From: Eledone cirrhosa
Lineage: Eukaryota
NCBI GenBank assembly: GCA_964016885.1
Contig: OZ024741.1
Location: forward strand, 141,856,001-141,920,000
Direction of reading: 5' to 3'
Length of the DNA: 64,000 bases
Positions within the stretch are counted from its first letter, which is position 1. Each line of letters opens with the position of its first letter. Shown here piece by piece: positions 49,601 through 63,200 of the stretch. Below the pieces are notes generated by a model. That model was not told the DNA's origin and searched no databases. It saw only the letters and a program-made list of their open reading frames with translations. Made by a program: the position numbers and the translations under genes.

Positions 49601-50513
49601 CTCAGAGCTGTACTGAAGGAGGGGACAGTAGGCCAGGGGATATCCGAGGAGGAAATAACATCAAGGAGGAAGAGCAGCCTTAAGGGAAAATCCCTTCATA
49701 GTACCTTCTTTGAGAAAACTGAATTTAGAGATCCACAGACATGGAACTGGTTGAGAAGAGGAGACCTCAAAAAGGCTACAGAAGGAATGCTAATGGCTGC
49801 GCAGGAGCAGGCCCTCAAAACGAAGTGGTTGAAGCACCATATCTACAAGGAGGAGGCTAGCCCACTGTGCAGGATCTGTGGAGAGAGAGAGGAGACTGTG
49901 GCCCACATTGTGTCCGAGTGTAAACACCTAGCCCAGACCCACTATAAGGGCTGGAGACACGATGTGATGGGCAGGGTGATCTACTGGCACCTGTGCAAAG
50001 TAAACAATCTACCACATTCTGAGAAATGGTATGAGCATAGGCCAGAGGCGGTGATGGAGAACAGTCAGGTGAAGGTGCTGTGGGATTTTAGGATACAGAC
50101 GGACAAAAATCTGGAACACAATAGACCTGACCTGGTGGTTGTGGACAAAGAAAAAAGATCGTGCCTGATTGTGGATGTGGCCTGCCCGTTCGACACGAGA
50201 GTGCAAGAGAAGGAGAGGGAGAAAATTAACCGATACCAGGACCTAAAGTGGGAGGTGAAAAGGATTTGGAACTGCCATGAAGTCAAAGTGATCCCGATTG
50301 TCATAGGCGCACTGGGGACTATCTCCAAAGGTTTCCAGGGATGGTTAAAGAAAATCGGCCCCTTCACGCTTTTTGGAACGCTTCAAAAGGCATGCTTGCT
50401 TGGAACGGCAAGAACCCTCCGATACGTCCTGAATATCTGAGGCTGCAGGTAGTGGCTTGATATTCAATCCAACGGACTTTCCAGTTAACCAACATCAATG
50501 ACTGAGATTCAAG

Positions 50514-50514
<1 letters not shown>
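46655..50514 (+). mobile_element. Near or full-length R4/Dong-clade retrotransposon, family 1
   Basis: Single RT-RLE ORF and a short 3' UTR, flanked by (TAA)n, the known target type of Dong elements. The exact 5' end within the A-rich leader is uncertain. Confidence 0.93.
47048..50440 (+). CDS. RT, CCHC and restriction-like endonuclease (1130 aa)
   Basis: NWKSPGPDG, YRPITCL, GIFQGDSLSP, FMDD; CRICGEREETVAHIVSEC, RHD, RPDLVVVD..DVACP..EREKINRY. Confidence 0.96.
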   Translation: METRTSCDRLSPNRCPLAQQQEPDCQPNTADVGGRRRRKGARTNWTKELNRTVMQCYLKSNPKERGYRRRMHNIWNEIGLFKLDEQKLAGQARVIRTNGWISELELEELSRENGLEMAGVVCQTSEPAGNEGEEVLRTEEPPEADNDLNTEINNTWNRDTATEEMNADGLGQDSVDILNLVVDELNNDSGRPMNLRFVDRKKLKETTAKVNKVIPYLEARSLHQCNNILKATANTVRKLLGIKARGNNRQERAEPWWKKRLSGQIGEMRNDIGKLESLLNGTLKNIGTKNRLEIKYKTRSKKLNIIIEELKQRIVAKSAKIRRYENRVSQYKQNRMFDNNQKMLFGQLEGKERGNDLIPGAEQAKTFWRGIWEQDVRHNAQAGWIETVQREIGEQAQQQTDLSITVKTLKGQAKKLTNWKSPGPDGVQGYWIKHLTSLHPKLTAMFNDCLVSGEVPEWLTKGTTVLIMKDRSKGNDVTNYRPITCLPVMWKLLTSIVSEEIYHHLHTNNLLPDEQKRCRKKSRGTKDQLLIDKMVMGNCRRRHTDLAMGWIDYRKAFDMVPHSWITKSLEIFRVADNIRQLLGRSMGSWETELTSTGVSLGSVKIKRGIFQGDSLSPLLFVLALMPLTIMLRKVRAGYKLGRGELTINHLLFMDDLKLFGKSEKELDVLVDTVRIFSSDICMQFGIGKCGVIVMRRGRLSRSNGIQIPTGEMIKEIDSEEGYKYLGVLEADGIKNKKMKELLRTEYIRRVRSVLKSHLNSRNAISAVNSRAVSIIRYSAGILRWNVAEQKEMDRKTRKLLTIYNMFHKRSDVDRLYLRRSEGGRGLISIEDCVQMEKNNLYKYVTYSKEPMLRAVLKEGTVGQGISEEEITSRRKSSLKGKSLHSTFFEKTEFRDPQTWNWLRRGDLKKATEGMLMAAQEQALKTKWLKHHIYKEEASPLCRICGEREETVAHIVSECKHLAQTHYKGWRHDVMGRVIYWHLCKVNNLPHSEKWYEHRPEAVMENSQVKVLWDFRIQTDKNLEHNRPDLVVVDKEKRSCLIVDVACPFDTRVQEKEREKINRYQDLKWEVKRIWNCHEVKVIPIVIGALGTISKGFQGWLKKIGPFTLFGTLQKACLLGTARTLRYVLNI

Positions 50515-50565
<51 letters not shown>

Positions 50566-50566
<1 letters not shown>

Positions 50567-51460
50567 TATATGGAAAATACCCAGAACGAGCTAACAATCC
50601 TGATGTTGACAAAACTTTAACCCATCAGTGGTTGGCATCCTCTGGACTGAAATCGGAGACTGAAGGACTGATTATATCAGCACAAGATCAGTGTCTGCCA
50701 ACAAAAAATTACCAACCCAACATAATAAAAAATGGATGCAGCCCATTATGCCGTGTATGCAAAAAACAACCAGAGACCATTGACCATATAATTTCAATGT
50801 GCAGTCCTATAGCTCAAACCGAATACCTAAACAGGCATGACAGAGCTGCACAATACATACTTTGGATAATGTGTAAGCATTTTGACCTGCCCCATCAAAA
50901 GAATTGGTGGGAGCATCAACCACCTCCCATACGTGAAAAAGATCACATCTCAATCTTGTGGAACTTTAGCATCGAAACAGACCGAAAAATAGATGCAAAT
51001 GGACCTGATATAATATTGAAGGACTTTAAAAAGAGGATATGCCTGCTAATTGATATGTCCGTTCCAATTGACAAGAATGTATCTATAAAAACATTTGAAA
51101 AATTGAGCAAGTATAAGGACCTGGAGATAGAAATTGGAAAAATGTGGAAATTGAGAACTAAAACAATACCAGTGGTTGTAGGCGCTCTGGGAATGATACC
51201 TAAGGGATTTAATGATTACTTATCGCAAATCCCAGGAAACCCGCGTATAGGAGAAATACAAAAGATAGTACTAATGGGAACTGCCCATATACTAAGGAAG
51301 ATTCTGTCAATATAAGTACATCACAAGTCTAAACACTAAAGATGCATGTGTGAGTATGTAGGTTCTTTCTTGAACATGGCGGACCTTGTTGTCTCTTGAG
51401 GTCACTGGTTGTGACTTGGTGATAACTCGTATGAACATAAAGCAAGATAAATGCAGCTGT
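50566..51460 (+). mobile_element. 5'-truncated R4/Dong-clade element, family 2 (RLE domain, ORF to 51315)
   Basis: ETEGLIISAQDQ, CRVCKKQPETIDHIISMC, RHD, PDIILKD, EKLSKY. Different 3' UTR from family 1; (TAA)n tail. Confidence 0.92.
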
Positions 51461-51478
51461 AATAATAATAATAATAAT

Positions 51479-54400
51479 GATTTCATTTATTGGCCACAAG
51501 GGCCGACATATAGGGGACAATACAAAAGACTGGGACAGTGGGGTTTTACAGAAAAATCGAGTAAACGATATGAATAACAATAACAAAGTAACAATAACAA
51601 AGTAACAATAAAGTAACAATAAAATTACAAGAAGAAGTTCCCCAATAGGGGGGATGATCACCTAGGGTTCGCTCAGGTACACCACCAGTCTTGAACGACA
51701 CGACGCTTCGAGAGCACCCTGGAAGGGCACCCCTCTCCTCTTCAAATTTACCTACCTACAGCCGCATGACCAGAGTAGGCCCACTCACACGGGCCATTCT
51801 CGCCACATTCACCCACCTTTCAGCAAATGTACTGGGAGGCAGCACTTCTCTCTCCACCCTCACCTTCCTTTCCAAGTGAAACTTGAAAAAGTTGATGAGG
51901 ATTGGCCGAAGAGAAAAGTGTCTGTCTTCAGTCCTTTCAACCTCGTCCACCATACAACCTCTTTCGCTACTGCCACCAGACAGAGGAAAATTGCCTGCTT
52001 TTCCTGGACAAAAGAAGGCGGCGGGTCTATCTTCACTATGGACTCGGCCGATAGCCTGATCCGTTCTACACGCGACAACAGCTGTTCAATATAACTCTAC
52101 AAGCGGTTTCGTCGCTCTGCGCGCATCTCGGGCAGGTCCGTCTGACAGCACTTCCATTCCTGTAGAGTTTATCTCGAACCGGCAGTGCCCCCCGGTAGCA
52201 CTGCCAAGCGAGGGATTTTTGGAAATTATCCATCGTCCCCGGCTCGAAAGTCCTCCGGTACAGACTGGTTAGTTCGATTTCGTTGACTCCCAGAGCCTCT
52301 CCGAGTGCGTCGTCGCACTTGCCCACCACTAATCCTCTATAGAATTCGAGAGTGGAAGTTCCACTGACCGCATTGCCCGCCTGGTAGAGGGCAGTGAGTG
52401 CCTGGCAACATTCCAGATGCCAGTCACCCAGTCTCGGTCTCTTCTTGACCCAGGACTGCAACTCAGTCAAAGATACGAGCTGCGGAAAGGCCCGTCTAAC
52501 AAACGGCGACCACACCTGTTCCCGTTTAGGCAGAATATCTGGAGATGCCGCAGCCTCAGCGCGTGCCTGAGCATCATTAGCCACGGCATGCCCAGCCCTC
52601 CACGTAGAGGGTGCTGGCAGCAGATGGACCGCTTCACCAGCGGAACCTGACCCCTCCACAAGAATTTGAAGAGGAGCCGCTCCAAGATGGCGAGGCGCGA
52701 ATGGGGGCAAAGGACGACAGTCAGACGGTAGTAGATGACGGACGCGATGTACGCGTTCGCCACCTCCGCCCGACCTTTCAGTGATAGCTTCATCCCAGCC
52801 CATTTCTGGGTGAGACTGACTACCCTGCCCATCACCTCGTCCCAATTCTTATCCACCTGGCCTGGCCCGAACCAAACCCGAGCAACTTTACCGGTCCGTC
52901 GGTCCAGCGCCTAAAAACGCTGTTGGACGGCATGGACTTGCCTCTCCAGGTGCCGAGTTACAAGCCCACTGACTTTTCCGGGTTAAGTTTTGCTCCCGTC
53001 AACCTTTCATATTCCTCCAATAAGTTGCCGACCACCTCGATTTCTGAGGTGTCCGACACCATCACGGTGATGTCGTCCGCATAAGCCGACACAGCCTTTC
53101 CGCGTCCCGGTTCGAGCGGGATGCCCTGCAACAGCTCCAGCTTCCGCAGTAAAGGCTCGAGAGTCAATACGTACAGAAGGGAGGAGAGAGGGCACCCTTG
53201 ACGGACCGATCGGGAGACCTGAAACGGTTCCGAGAGGTGGCCATTAATTTTGACCATCGAGCAGGTGCCGCTGTGCATTGCAGCGATCCAGCTTCTGAAG
53301 ACGGGGCCGAAGCCAGCCGCCTTGAGGACAACCTCCATGTACCGATGGTCGACCTTATCGAATGCTTTCGATTGATCTAAATTGATCAGAGCCCCACCGA
53401 AGCCAGGTTTACACCCTACCCTCTCTATGATGTATCGCATTAGGTGGAGGTTGTCGTGTATGGACCTGGTTGGGATTGCGCAACCAAATCCCCGACGACA
53501 AGCGCCAACCTCTTCGCTAACACCCTGGCCAAAATCTTAAACTATGTGTTGAGCAGAGTTATGGGCCTGAAATTGTCTAATGTGTCCCTCTTGTTCTCGT
53601 CTTTCCTTATCAGCGTCACTACGCCCCGGCTCACAGAACTGGGAATACTCCCGTTTTGCTGCCAGTTGCAGTAGAGGGCTTCGAGGAGATTGGAGAACAA
53701 GTCTGGCATATTTACGTAAAGCTCGTAGGGCAGACCATCCAAACCGGCTGACTTGCGCTTCATGCAGCCGACAAGGGCATCCTGAATCTCGGCTGAAGTA
53801 ATTGGTCTTTCGCAGCGCCCAGCGTCAGCTGTCGAGAGTTGCGGCAAGCCATCGAGGTAGGGACTGAAGTCCGCCACCATCTCTGACCCGTCACTTCCTC
53901 CGACCAACCGAGCAAAATGTTGGCGAAAGGCCTCACACATCCTCTTGGAATCGCTCAGCTCGTGCCCGTCTCGGTCCGTCAAAGACCGAATCGTGGTTTT
54001 ATTACCACGCTGCGCCTCTGCCACGCGGGCCCATCGAACAGCTTTGGTTCCCTCGTTTCTCAGAGCACGCGCCTTAGCTCTGACAATGCAACCTTCGTGT
54101 TTCGCATTGAAGAAATGATCTAATGCCATTCTCGCCGCTAGCACATCAGTTGCAATGCCACTACCAATAGCCTCGTCTAACTTATCTACAAACTCCCCCT
54201 CCTTTCTATTTTTCTCTAATGCTACTTCTTTGCTAAACTCTATCGACATTACTCTAATCTCTCTTTTGAGAGCCCCCCACCATCTATTGTTGACGATTCC
54301 CGCTGTCAACTTTTTCTTAACTAAATTGTTGACCTGGTCCCTGTAAGCCTTACGTGCCGGAAATGACATGTTTAGCTTCCAGTAACCAGGTCCTAACCTA

Positions 54401-57297
54401 CGCGTTTTATCTAGGGCGACCATACAGATCACAAACTTGTGATCTGAATAGGTGACCGTTTCAAAACGTGGACAGCTTACACTATTTCTGTCTATTTTCC
54501 TAATGAATATCCTGTCTATATACGATCTAGATGACCCTATGCGGTTAGCCCAGATCCACACTGGCGTATTAGGGAAATCCAGTCGGTACCTGTCAGACAG
54601 CTGGAACTGGCTGATCAGGTTCTTGAGGCTTTTGCACCCCCCCGCTCCTATCGGATACTCCCACACAGTCCCAGCGTGCGTCTAAGATGCCGTTCCAGTC
54701 CCCCGCTAACAGTAAAGGGCAAGACGTACCCAGAAAGGCTTCCAGGCGTCTAAAGAAGTCCGGCCGTCCTGCCCAAGTAGGAGCATAGACGGCCACCAGT
54801 CTAAAGGCACCACCTTCATTATTGTTCACGTCCAGGACCACCAACTTCCCGTCCGGGTCCCGGAAGATCGACCTTACCTCGAGATCCAGGCCTTTCCTAA
54901 ACAGCACTCCCACCCCGCCTCCCATTCCCGGCCGGCGAACAGATGCAAAGATCTGATAGTCGTCGAAAATGGAGGCTAGTGCGCGCGTGTCGGAAATCCT
55001 GGTCTCGCTGACTGCAATTACATCCATTTCTATAGACCTGAGGTCGTTGAGCAGGTGACCCTGCTTCCAGGACGATCCCAGGCCTCGAACATTTAAACAT
55101 CCTACTCTTAATACGGCCATGTTGACAGGTTAAACAGAGAGAGAGGAAGGTTTACTTACCTTCCGGGCTCTTGTGAAGGTCGGGTTTCTTTTGGGAACCC
55201 CTTTAAAAGTCTTGAAGTGGGTTTTACGTTCGGGGTTCCCACGTCCCGAAGAAAGCTGTCTCGTATTTCTTTGAATATGTCGAGCGACATTCGTACCAGA
55301 ACCAAATCTTCCGGCACGCGAAATGTGCTCGATTTAAAAATTTCCCCCTCTTTTTGTATATTTTCACTTCGTGCTACGAGGGCCATCAGTTCCTTGTTGG
55401 CCCTCCTGACGAGCACGAAGTTTTGTATGTTTTGTTGGTGTGATTTTATTTGTTTGCGTGGCTGTGGTGGTGATGGTTTTGGTGGTGTTGTTTCGGTTGT
55501 ATCTGTGTTTGTTGTGAGTGCGGTGTCTGTGGTTTCAGATGTTTGTGTGTATATTTGTTCTTGCGTCTGTTTCGGTTGTTTGCGTTTGGGGGATTCGGGG
55601 GATTCTGGTGGTGTTGACGTTGGTGTTATTGGAGAGATGTTTGCGTGGGTGGTGTCTGCGTTTCTTATTGTGGGTGCTTTTGTGCTTTGTTGAGTTTTTT
55701 TGTTTTTTTTGTGTTTCCTTTTTTGTATTTTGGGGGATTTGGGATTTTCCTCATTTTCACTACTGTAGATGAGGGGTCTGTGTCTGTAAGTGTGTCTGTA
55801 TGTATATTTATGGTTTTATTGGTGTATGTATTTTGGGGGGGAGGGGAATTTGACAGCTTTCCTCGTTTCTCCCCTGGGTGGTCAATGTTCGTGGTGTTCT
55901 TTCTATTTGTGTTGTTGGTGGTGGTTTTGCCGGTGCTGGTGTTGGTTGTGGTCCTCGCCCCGGCGTCGGCAGCAGTGGAGCCTTTCGACCCCTTGCCTCT
56001 TTCAGCAGTTGAGGGCAGAAGGCTCGCAAATGGGTTTTTTCCCACAAACAAAACACTGCGGCCTTTTGCCTTCGGTCATAATGTGAATGACGGTCCCATT
56101 CTGAATGCGGATATGGTCCGGGATTGTCTTCACATTCTCGGGCCTGATCTGGAGAAGGATCTCCAGGTCAACCCCGGACCAGTCCTCTCTGGCCGTTCTG
56201 GTCACTTCTATAGGGACTGTATCCGTCCCCTCCACAATCACACATCCCAGAAGCCACCACATGTCAAGTCCTGGTGGGATTCTGGGAATGCGGAGACGAG
56301 CCGTTCTTTTTCCCATGTGGGAGGGGTACATTATGACCTTGCTGGTTTTACAAGGAGTCATAGCGTGTTTCATAGCGAGGGCTTCTGATTTGAACAACAC
56401 CCTAATGGTGCCGTACTGTCTGCCCCTCTCTATGTACTGGGTGTCTTCTCTGATGCACCTCAGCGCGACTTCGACATCTTCTTGTGGGATTAAAGCTGCC
56501 CTTTTGGTTTGTGCTGAGATGGATCTATAATGCACCGTTTTGCGCTCCACTGCCTCAATAGCTTCTACCGGGACAGTTAAGTTGGCCCAAGTTTGCTCTT
56601 GCTTGATGAGCTTCCATGCCTGGGCCAACTTTTCATCTTTGTTTGAGAGGTCCATGTTGAAGCATGGCCTCTTTTTTGCTGCTACCGCAGCGAAAGTGTT
56701 CTTCTTGTTGTCGTTGGGGGTGTTGATGTCGTTGTTCTTGTTAGTGTTGTTGTTAGCACTGTCACTGCTATCATTGTTGTCTTTGTTGCCACCGTTGTTC
56801 TCGGTGCAGTTGGTATTGTTGCTGTTGGTGTTGTCGCTATTTGTTTCATGTTAGTGGTGTGTGATATTGTTGTATTTGTTATTTTTTTTTTTTGTTATCT
56901 GTATTTTCGTTGTCGCTGTTACTGTCATTTTTTTCAAAATTAGTGTTCTTATTGGTATCATTGGTGTCTTTGTTTACCTTGTTTGTGGTGGTGTTTGTGT
57001 TATCAATGTGTGTTAATTTCGCTGTAGCGCTCCTCTCAACTTCTACGTCGTTGTCGCACGACAGCAGACATATCGCTGGGGGGCGTGGTTCAGCCATGTT
57101 TTTTTTTCTTCGTAAATTTTTTAACATGTAAAAAAAGTTCAAATATTTGGGCCAAAAGACCCAAATATTATACTTTCCCCTCACGGGGCAAAGTATAAGG
57201 GCTTATATCCCTTACACAGAAATATTTAACAACAAATAATTTTAACAGGCAAATAAAGCGACTTACTGTGAGCGAGCAAAATACGTCCGCTTAGAAC
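51479..57297 (-). mobile_element. Full-length but frameshifted Tx1 LINE, family B
   Basis: ORF2 pieces at 54593-55120, 53542-54666, 52958-53440, 52467-52856 and 51756-52500. ORF1 pieces at 55156-57098 (CFVCGK..HLRAFC). (AAT)n at both ends. Confidence 0.95.
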
Positions 57298-57321
57298 AAT
57301 AATAATAATAATAATAATAAT

Positions 57322-60248
57322 ATCCTAAACTTAGTGGTAGATGAATTGAACAATGATAGTGGGAAACCTATGAAGCTAAGATTTGTAGACAGGAAAAAGT
57401 TAAAAGAAACAATAGCTAAGGTAAACAAAGTCATCCCATACCTTGAGGCGAGGAGTCTTCACCAGTGCAACAATATCCTCAAAGCAACAGCAAATGTGGT
57501 GAGGAAATTACTTGGCATAAAAGCGAGAGGAAACAACAAACAAGAAAGATCAGAACCTTGGTGGAAGAAAAGACGGAATGATCAAATCAGGGAAATGAGA
57601 AATGACATTGGAAAGCTTGAGTCCCTACTGAATGGGACACTACAAAACAGACACTAAAAATAGACTGGAAATAAAGTACAAAACTAGGAGGAAAAAACTA
57701 AATATTATCATAGAGGAACTGAAGCAACGCATTGTAGCAAAGAGTGCAAAAATTAGGCGATACGAGAGCAGAGTCAGTCAGTATAGACAGAACCGCATGT
57801 TTGACAACAACCAGAAGATGTTGTTTGGACAGCTTGAAGGGAAAGAAAGAGGCAATGACTTGATCCCTGAGGCGGAACAAACTAAGACATTCTGGAGAGG
57901 AATATGGGAGCAGGATGTTAAACATAATGACCAGGCAGTGTGGATTGAGACAGTACAGAAGGAGATTAGTGAACAGGCACACCAACAAACTGATTTGAGT
58001 ATCACAGTTGAAACTCTTAAGGGGCAGGCCAAAAAACTAACCAACTGGAAATCACCAGGCCCAGATGGTGTGCAGGGGTATTGGATTAAAAGTATAACAT
58101 CCCTCCACCCGAAACTGACAACCATGTTCAATGACTGCTTGATGTCAGGTGAGGTACCAGAGTGGTTGACAAAAGGTACCACAGTTCTGGTAATGAAAGA
58201 CCGAATCAAGGGTAATGATGTTACCAACTATAGACCTATCACATGTCTGTCCGTAATGTGGAAACTGTTGACAAGCATTATGTCTGAGGAAATCTACCAT
58301 CACCTCCACACAAACAACTTGTTACCGGACGAACAGAAAGGATGCCGAAAGAAGTCCCGTGGTACAAAGGACCAGTTACTTATTGATAAGATGGTAATGA
58401 GGAATTGCAAGAGGAGACACACTGGTCTTGCCATGGGATGGATAGACTACAAAAAGGCATTTGACATGGTGCCTCATTCTTGGATCACCAAAAGCCTAGA
58501 TATCTTCAAGGTGGCAGATAACATCAGACAGTTGTTGGGCAAAAGTATGAAGTCCTGGAAAACAGAGTTAACATCAGCTGGAGAATCCTTGGGAGGCGTG
58601 AAGATCAAGAGAGGTATCTTCCAGGGAGATAGTCTGTCCCCTCTGTTGTTTGTCCTTGCCCTGATGCCCCTGACCATTATACTGCGAAAAGTGAGAGCAG
58701 GATACAAGTTGGGCAAGGGAGAGCTTACCATCAATCACCTCCTCTTCATGGACTATCTTAAGGTCTTCGGGAAGAGTGAGGAGTTGGATGTGCTTGTTGA
58801 CACTGTCTGTATTTTCAGCAATGATATATGTATGCAATTTGGTATTAGTAAGTGTGGAGTCCTTGTGATGAAGAGGGGTAAATTGAGCAGAAGCAACGGA
58901 ATCCAGGTACCAACAGGTGAGATGATAAAGGAAATTGACACTGAAGAAGGATACAAGTATTTGGGTGTTCTGGAGGCTGATGACATCAAGAACAAAAAAA
59001 TGAAGGAATTGATGAGATCTGAATACATTCGGAGAATAAGGAGCGTATTAAAGTCACATCTGAACAGTAGGAATGCCATAAGTGCAGTAAATTCCCGAGC
59101 TGTGTCTATTATTAGGTACAGTGCGGGAATTCTGAGATGGAATGTTGCTGAACAAAAAGAAATGGATAGGAAGACTAGGAAGCTATTGACTACAACATGT
59201 TCCACAAGAGGATTGATGTCGATAGACTCTACTTAAGGAGATCTGAAGGTGGAAGAGGTCTTATCAGCATAGAGGACTGTGTTCAGATGGAGAAAAACAA
59301 CCTACACAAATACGTGACTGATAGTAATGAGCCAATGCTCAGAATTGTACTGAAGGAGAGGACAATAGACCAGGGGATGTCCAAGGAGTAAATAACAACA
59401 AGGAGAAAGAGCAGCCTTCGTGAAAAATCCCTTCATAGTACCTTCTTTGAGAAAACTGAATTCAGAGATCCACAGACATGGAACTGGTTGAAAAGAGGAG
59501 ACCTTAAAACGTCTAGAGAAGGAATGTTAATGGCTGCGCAAGAGCAGGCCCTCAAAACGAAGTGGTTGAAATTTACAAGGATGAGGCTAGCCCACTGTGC
59601 AGGATCTGTGGAGAGAGAGAGGAGACTGTGGCTCACATTGTATCGAAGTGTAAACACCTAGCCCAGATTCACTATAAGGGCTGGAGACACGATGTGATGG
59701 GCAGGGTGATCCACTGGCACCTATGCAAAGCAAACAATTTACCACATTCTGAGAAGTGGTATGAGCATAATTCAGAGTCGGTGATAGAAAACGATCAGGT
59801 GAAGGTGCTGTGGGATTTTAGGATACAGACGGACAAGAAACTGGAACACAATAGACCTGACCTGGTGGTTTTGGACAAGGAAAAAAGATCGTGCCTGATT
59901 GTGGATGTAGCCTGTCCATTCGACACGAGAGTGCAAGAGAAGGAGAGGGAGAAAATATTAACCGATACCAGGACTTAAAGTGGGAGGTAAAAAGGATTTG
60001 GAACTGCCATGAAGTCAAAGTGGTCCCGATTGTCATAGGCGCACTAGGTACTATCTCAAAAGGTTTCCAGGGATGGTTAAAGAAAATTGGCCCCGCCCTG
60101 CTTTTTGGAACGCTTCAAAAGGCATGCTTGCTGGGAACAGCAAGAACCCTCCGATACGTCCTAAATATCTGAGGCTGCAGGTAGTGGCTTGATATTCATT
60201 TGAACAAACTTTCCAGTTAACTAACATCAATGACTGAGACTCAAAAGC
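57322..60248 (+). mobile_element. 5'-truncated, frameshifted Dong family-1 copy
   Basis: Colinear with 47576-50514. FMDD has become FMDY; several frameshifts. Confidence 0.95.
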
Positions 60249-60295
<47 letters not shown>

Positions 60296-60299
60296 TAAT

Positions 60300-63200
60300 G
60301 ATTTCTTTATTAACCACAAGGGTTTACATAAAGTAGACATTAAGGACAGTGCAGGACAATGCAGGACGGTACAAATGGGCATTTCTGCGTGTAAAAAACA
60401 AAAACAGAGGATGTAACAAAAAATACCAATGAAAAATTCCCCAATAGGGGGCAGACTTCGGAGGGACATTTGTGGAGAAAGCCCAGTAAAAAGCCACAAT
60501 GACCCTGACCACCAAGGCAAGTGCCCTCTCCCAGTTTTCCACCTTTAATTTACAGATATATGCTCAGAGTAGGCCCATTCACTCGGGCCATTCTTGCTTC
60601 TCTCACCCATCTTTCAACAAAATGCTGGGAAGAGAGCACTTCCCTCTCTACTCTGATTTTCCTTTTCAAATGAAATTTGAAAAAGTCAATCAGAGCATCA
60701 CCGAAGAGGTAAGTGCTCGTCTTCAGCCCTTTCAAACGTGTCCACCATACTATCTCTTTCGCCATGGCCACCAGACAGATAAAAACTGCCTGCCCTTCCC
60801 GGCTAAAGGAGGAGGGCGGGGCAATCCTCACGATGGACTCAGATGATAGCCGGATCCGTCCTAAACGCGACAGCAGGTGTTCGACATAAACCCACAAGTC
60901 AGCAATTTTCGGACACTGGACGAGTGCGTGCAGGACGGTTTCCTCGCCCTGCGCGCATCTCGGACATGCCCGGCTGACGGCACCTCCATGCCTGTAGAGT
61001 TTATCCCGAACTGGCAAGGCTCCTCGGTAGCACTGCCAGGCCAGAGATTTCTGGAAGTTGTCCATAGGCCCTGGCCCGAAAGTTCTTCCGAAGAGATTGG
61101 CTAGTTGATTTTCGTCGACGCCTAGAGTTTCCCCAAGTACGTCGTCGCTCTTCCCCTCCACTAATCCTCTATAGAACGCCGAGGTGGAGTTTCCACCGAT
61201 CACATTGCCCGATTGGTCGAGGGCTGTGAGCGCCTGAAGACATTCCAGTCTCCAGGCGCTCCCTCTCGGTCTTCGCTTGACCCAGGACTGCAGCTCCGTC
61301 AAGGAAACGAGCTGGGGAAATACCTGTCTAGCAAACGGCGACCACACCTGATCACCGTCGAGGAAGAGGTGGAGATGTCGTAGCCTGAGCGCGTGCCTGC
61401 GCATCATCAGCCACGGCATGCCCAGCCCTCCACGTAGCGGGTGTTGACAACAGATGGACCGCCTGACCATCGGAGCGCGTCCCTTCCACAAAAAGCGAAA
61501 GAGCAAACGCTCCAGCGCAGTCAGGCGAGGCTTAGGACAAGGTACGACGGTCAGGCGGTAGCAGATGACGGACGGGATGTACGCGTTAGCCACCTCCGCT
61601 CGACCTTTCAGGGATAGCTTCCTTTCGGCCCATTTCTGGGTAAGAGAAGCCACCCTGCTCGTCACCTCGTCCCAGTTTTTGTCCGTCTGGAGGTCCGGAC
61701 CGAAGCAGACCCCTAGCAATTTACCGGTCCGTCCGTCCAGCGTCCGACGACGCTGTTGGACGGCATGGACCTGCCTCTCCAGGTGCCGAGCTGCAGGCCC
61801 ACTGACTTTTCCTGGTTGATCATTGCTCCTGTCACCGCTTCGTATTCTCTTAGTGTAGTGCCGATCGCCTCGATGTGTTTGGCGCTCGACACCACTACGG
61901 TGACATCGTCCGCATATGCTGACACTGATCTTCCGCATCCTAGTTCGCGCGGGACTCCCCTCAACGTCTCCAGTTTGTGCAGTAATGGCTCGAGAGTCAA
62001 TACGTACAAGAGGGACGAGAGGGGACATCCTTGGCGGACCGAGCGCATGATGTTGAACGGTTCCGACAGGTGACCGTTCACTCTCACCACAGAGCAGATG
62101 TCGCTGTGCATGGCAGCGATCCAGCCTCTGAAGACGGGCCCAAAGCCAGCCGCCCTCAGGACGGCCGCTAGGTAACGATGGTCTACCCTATCGAAAGCTT
62201 TCGACTGATCTAAATTGATCAAGGACCCACCCGTGCCAGGTTCCTTAGCTACCCTCTCTATGATGTATCGCATGAGGTGGAGGTTGTCGTGGATGGATCT
62301 GTCGGGAATGGCGCATGTCTGCGCCTCTCCCACCAGACCACCAACGACAAGCGCCAACCTCTTTGCTAGCACCTTGGCCAAAATCTTGAACTCTGTGTTT
62401 AGCAGAGTTATGGGCCGGAAATTATCTATGTTATCCCCCTTGTTCGGATCCTTTCTCAGCAGTGCCACCGCTCCTCGGCTCACAGAACTGGGAATTCTCC
62501 CGTTCTGTTGCCAGTTGCAGTAGACGTCCGCCAAGAGGCCTCCGAACAAGTCTGGCATCTGTACGTAAAGTTCATAGGGCAGACCATCCAAACCAGGCGA
62601 TTTACCCCTTGTGCAGCCAGTCATTGCCTCCCTTACTTCAGCGGCTGTTATCGGCTTTTCGCAACACTTCGCCTCAGTGGCCGAGAGCCGTGGCAGTCCG
62701 TCGAGGTAGACACTAAAGTCCATCCGTCTACCCGGCCCACCGCTGCCCCCGAACAGCTGAGCGAAGTGTCGCTGAAAAGCTTCACACATTAGCCCGGGAT
62801 CGAATAGCATGCGCCCGTCGTGGTCCATCAAAGACCGGATCGTGGCTTTGTTGCCACGACGCGCCTCCGCCACTCGGGCCCATTGAACGGCTTTCGTCCC
62901 CTCGTGTCTGAGAGCACGCACCCTTGCTCTGACAACGCAGCCTTCGTGCTTTGCATTGAAGAATTGGTCAAGGGCCAATTTCGCCGCAAGCACGTCGGTC
63001 GCAATGCCTTTGCTAAGCGCCTCGTCTAATTTTCTAACTAGTTCTCCCTCTGCTCTATTTTTCTCTATTGCTAAAGACTTACTAAACCTAATCGATTCTA
63101 TTCTAATCGCTCTTTTCAGAGCAAACCACCACTTGTTGTTGACGATGGCCCCCGTCAACGCCCGCTTAACTAGTTCGCTAATCCGGTCTCTGTAGGCCTT

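Noticed and set aside
40547-60299. Telomeric retrotransposon array
   Set aside because: The spacers are (AAT)n rather than TTAGGG-like, and the elements alternate in orientation instead of being unidirectional.
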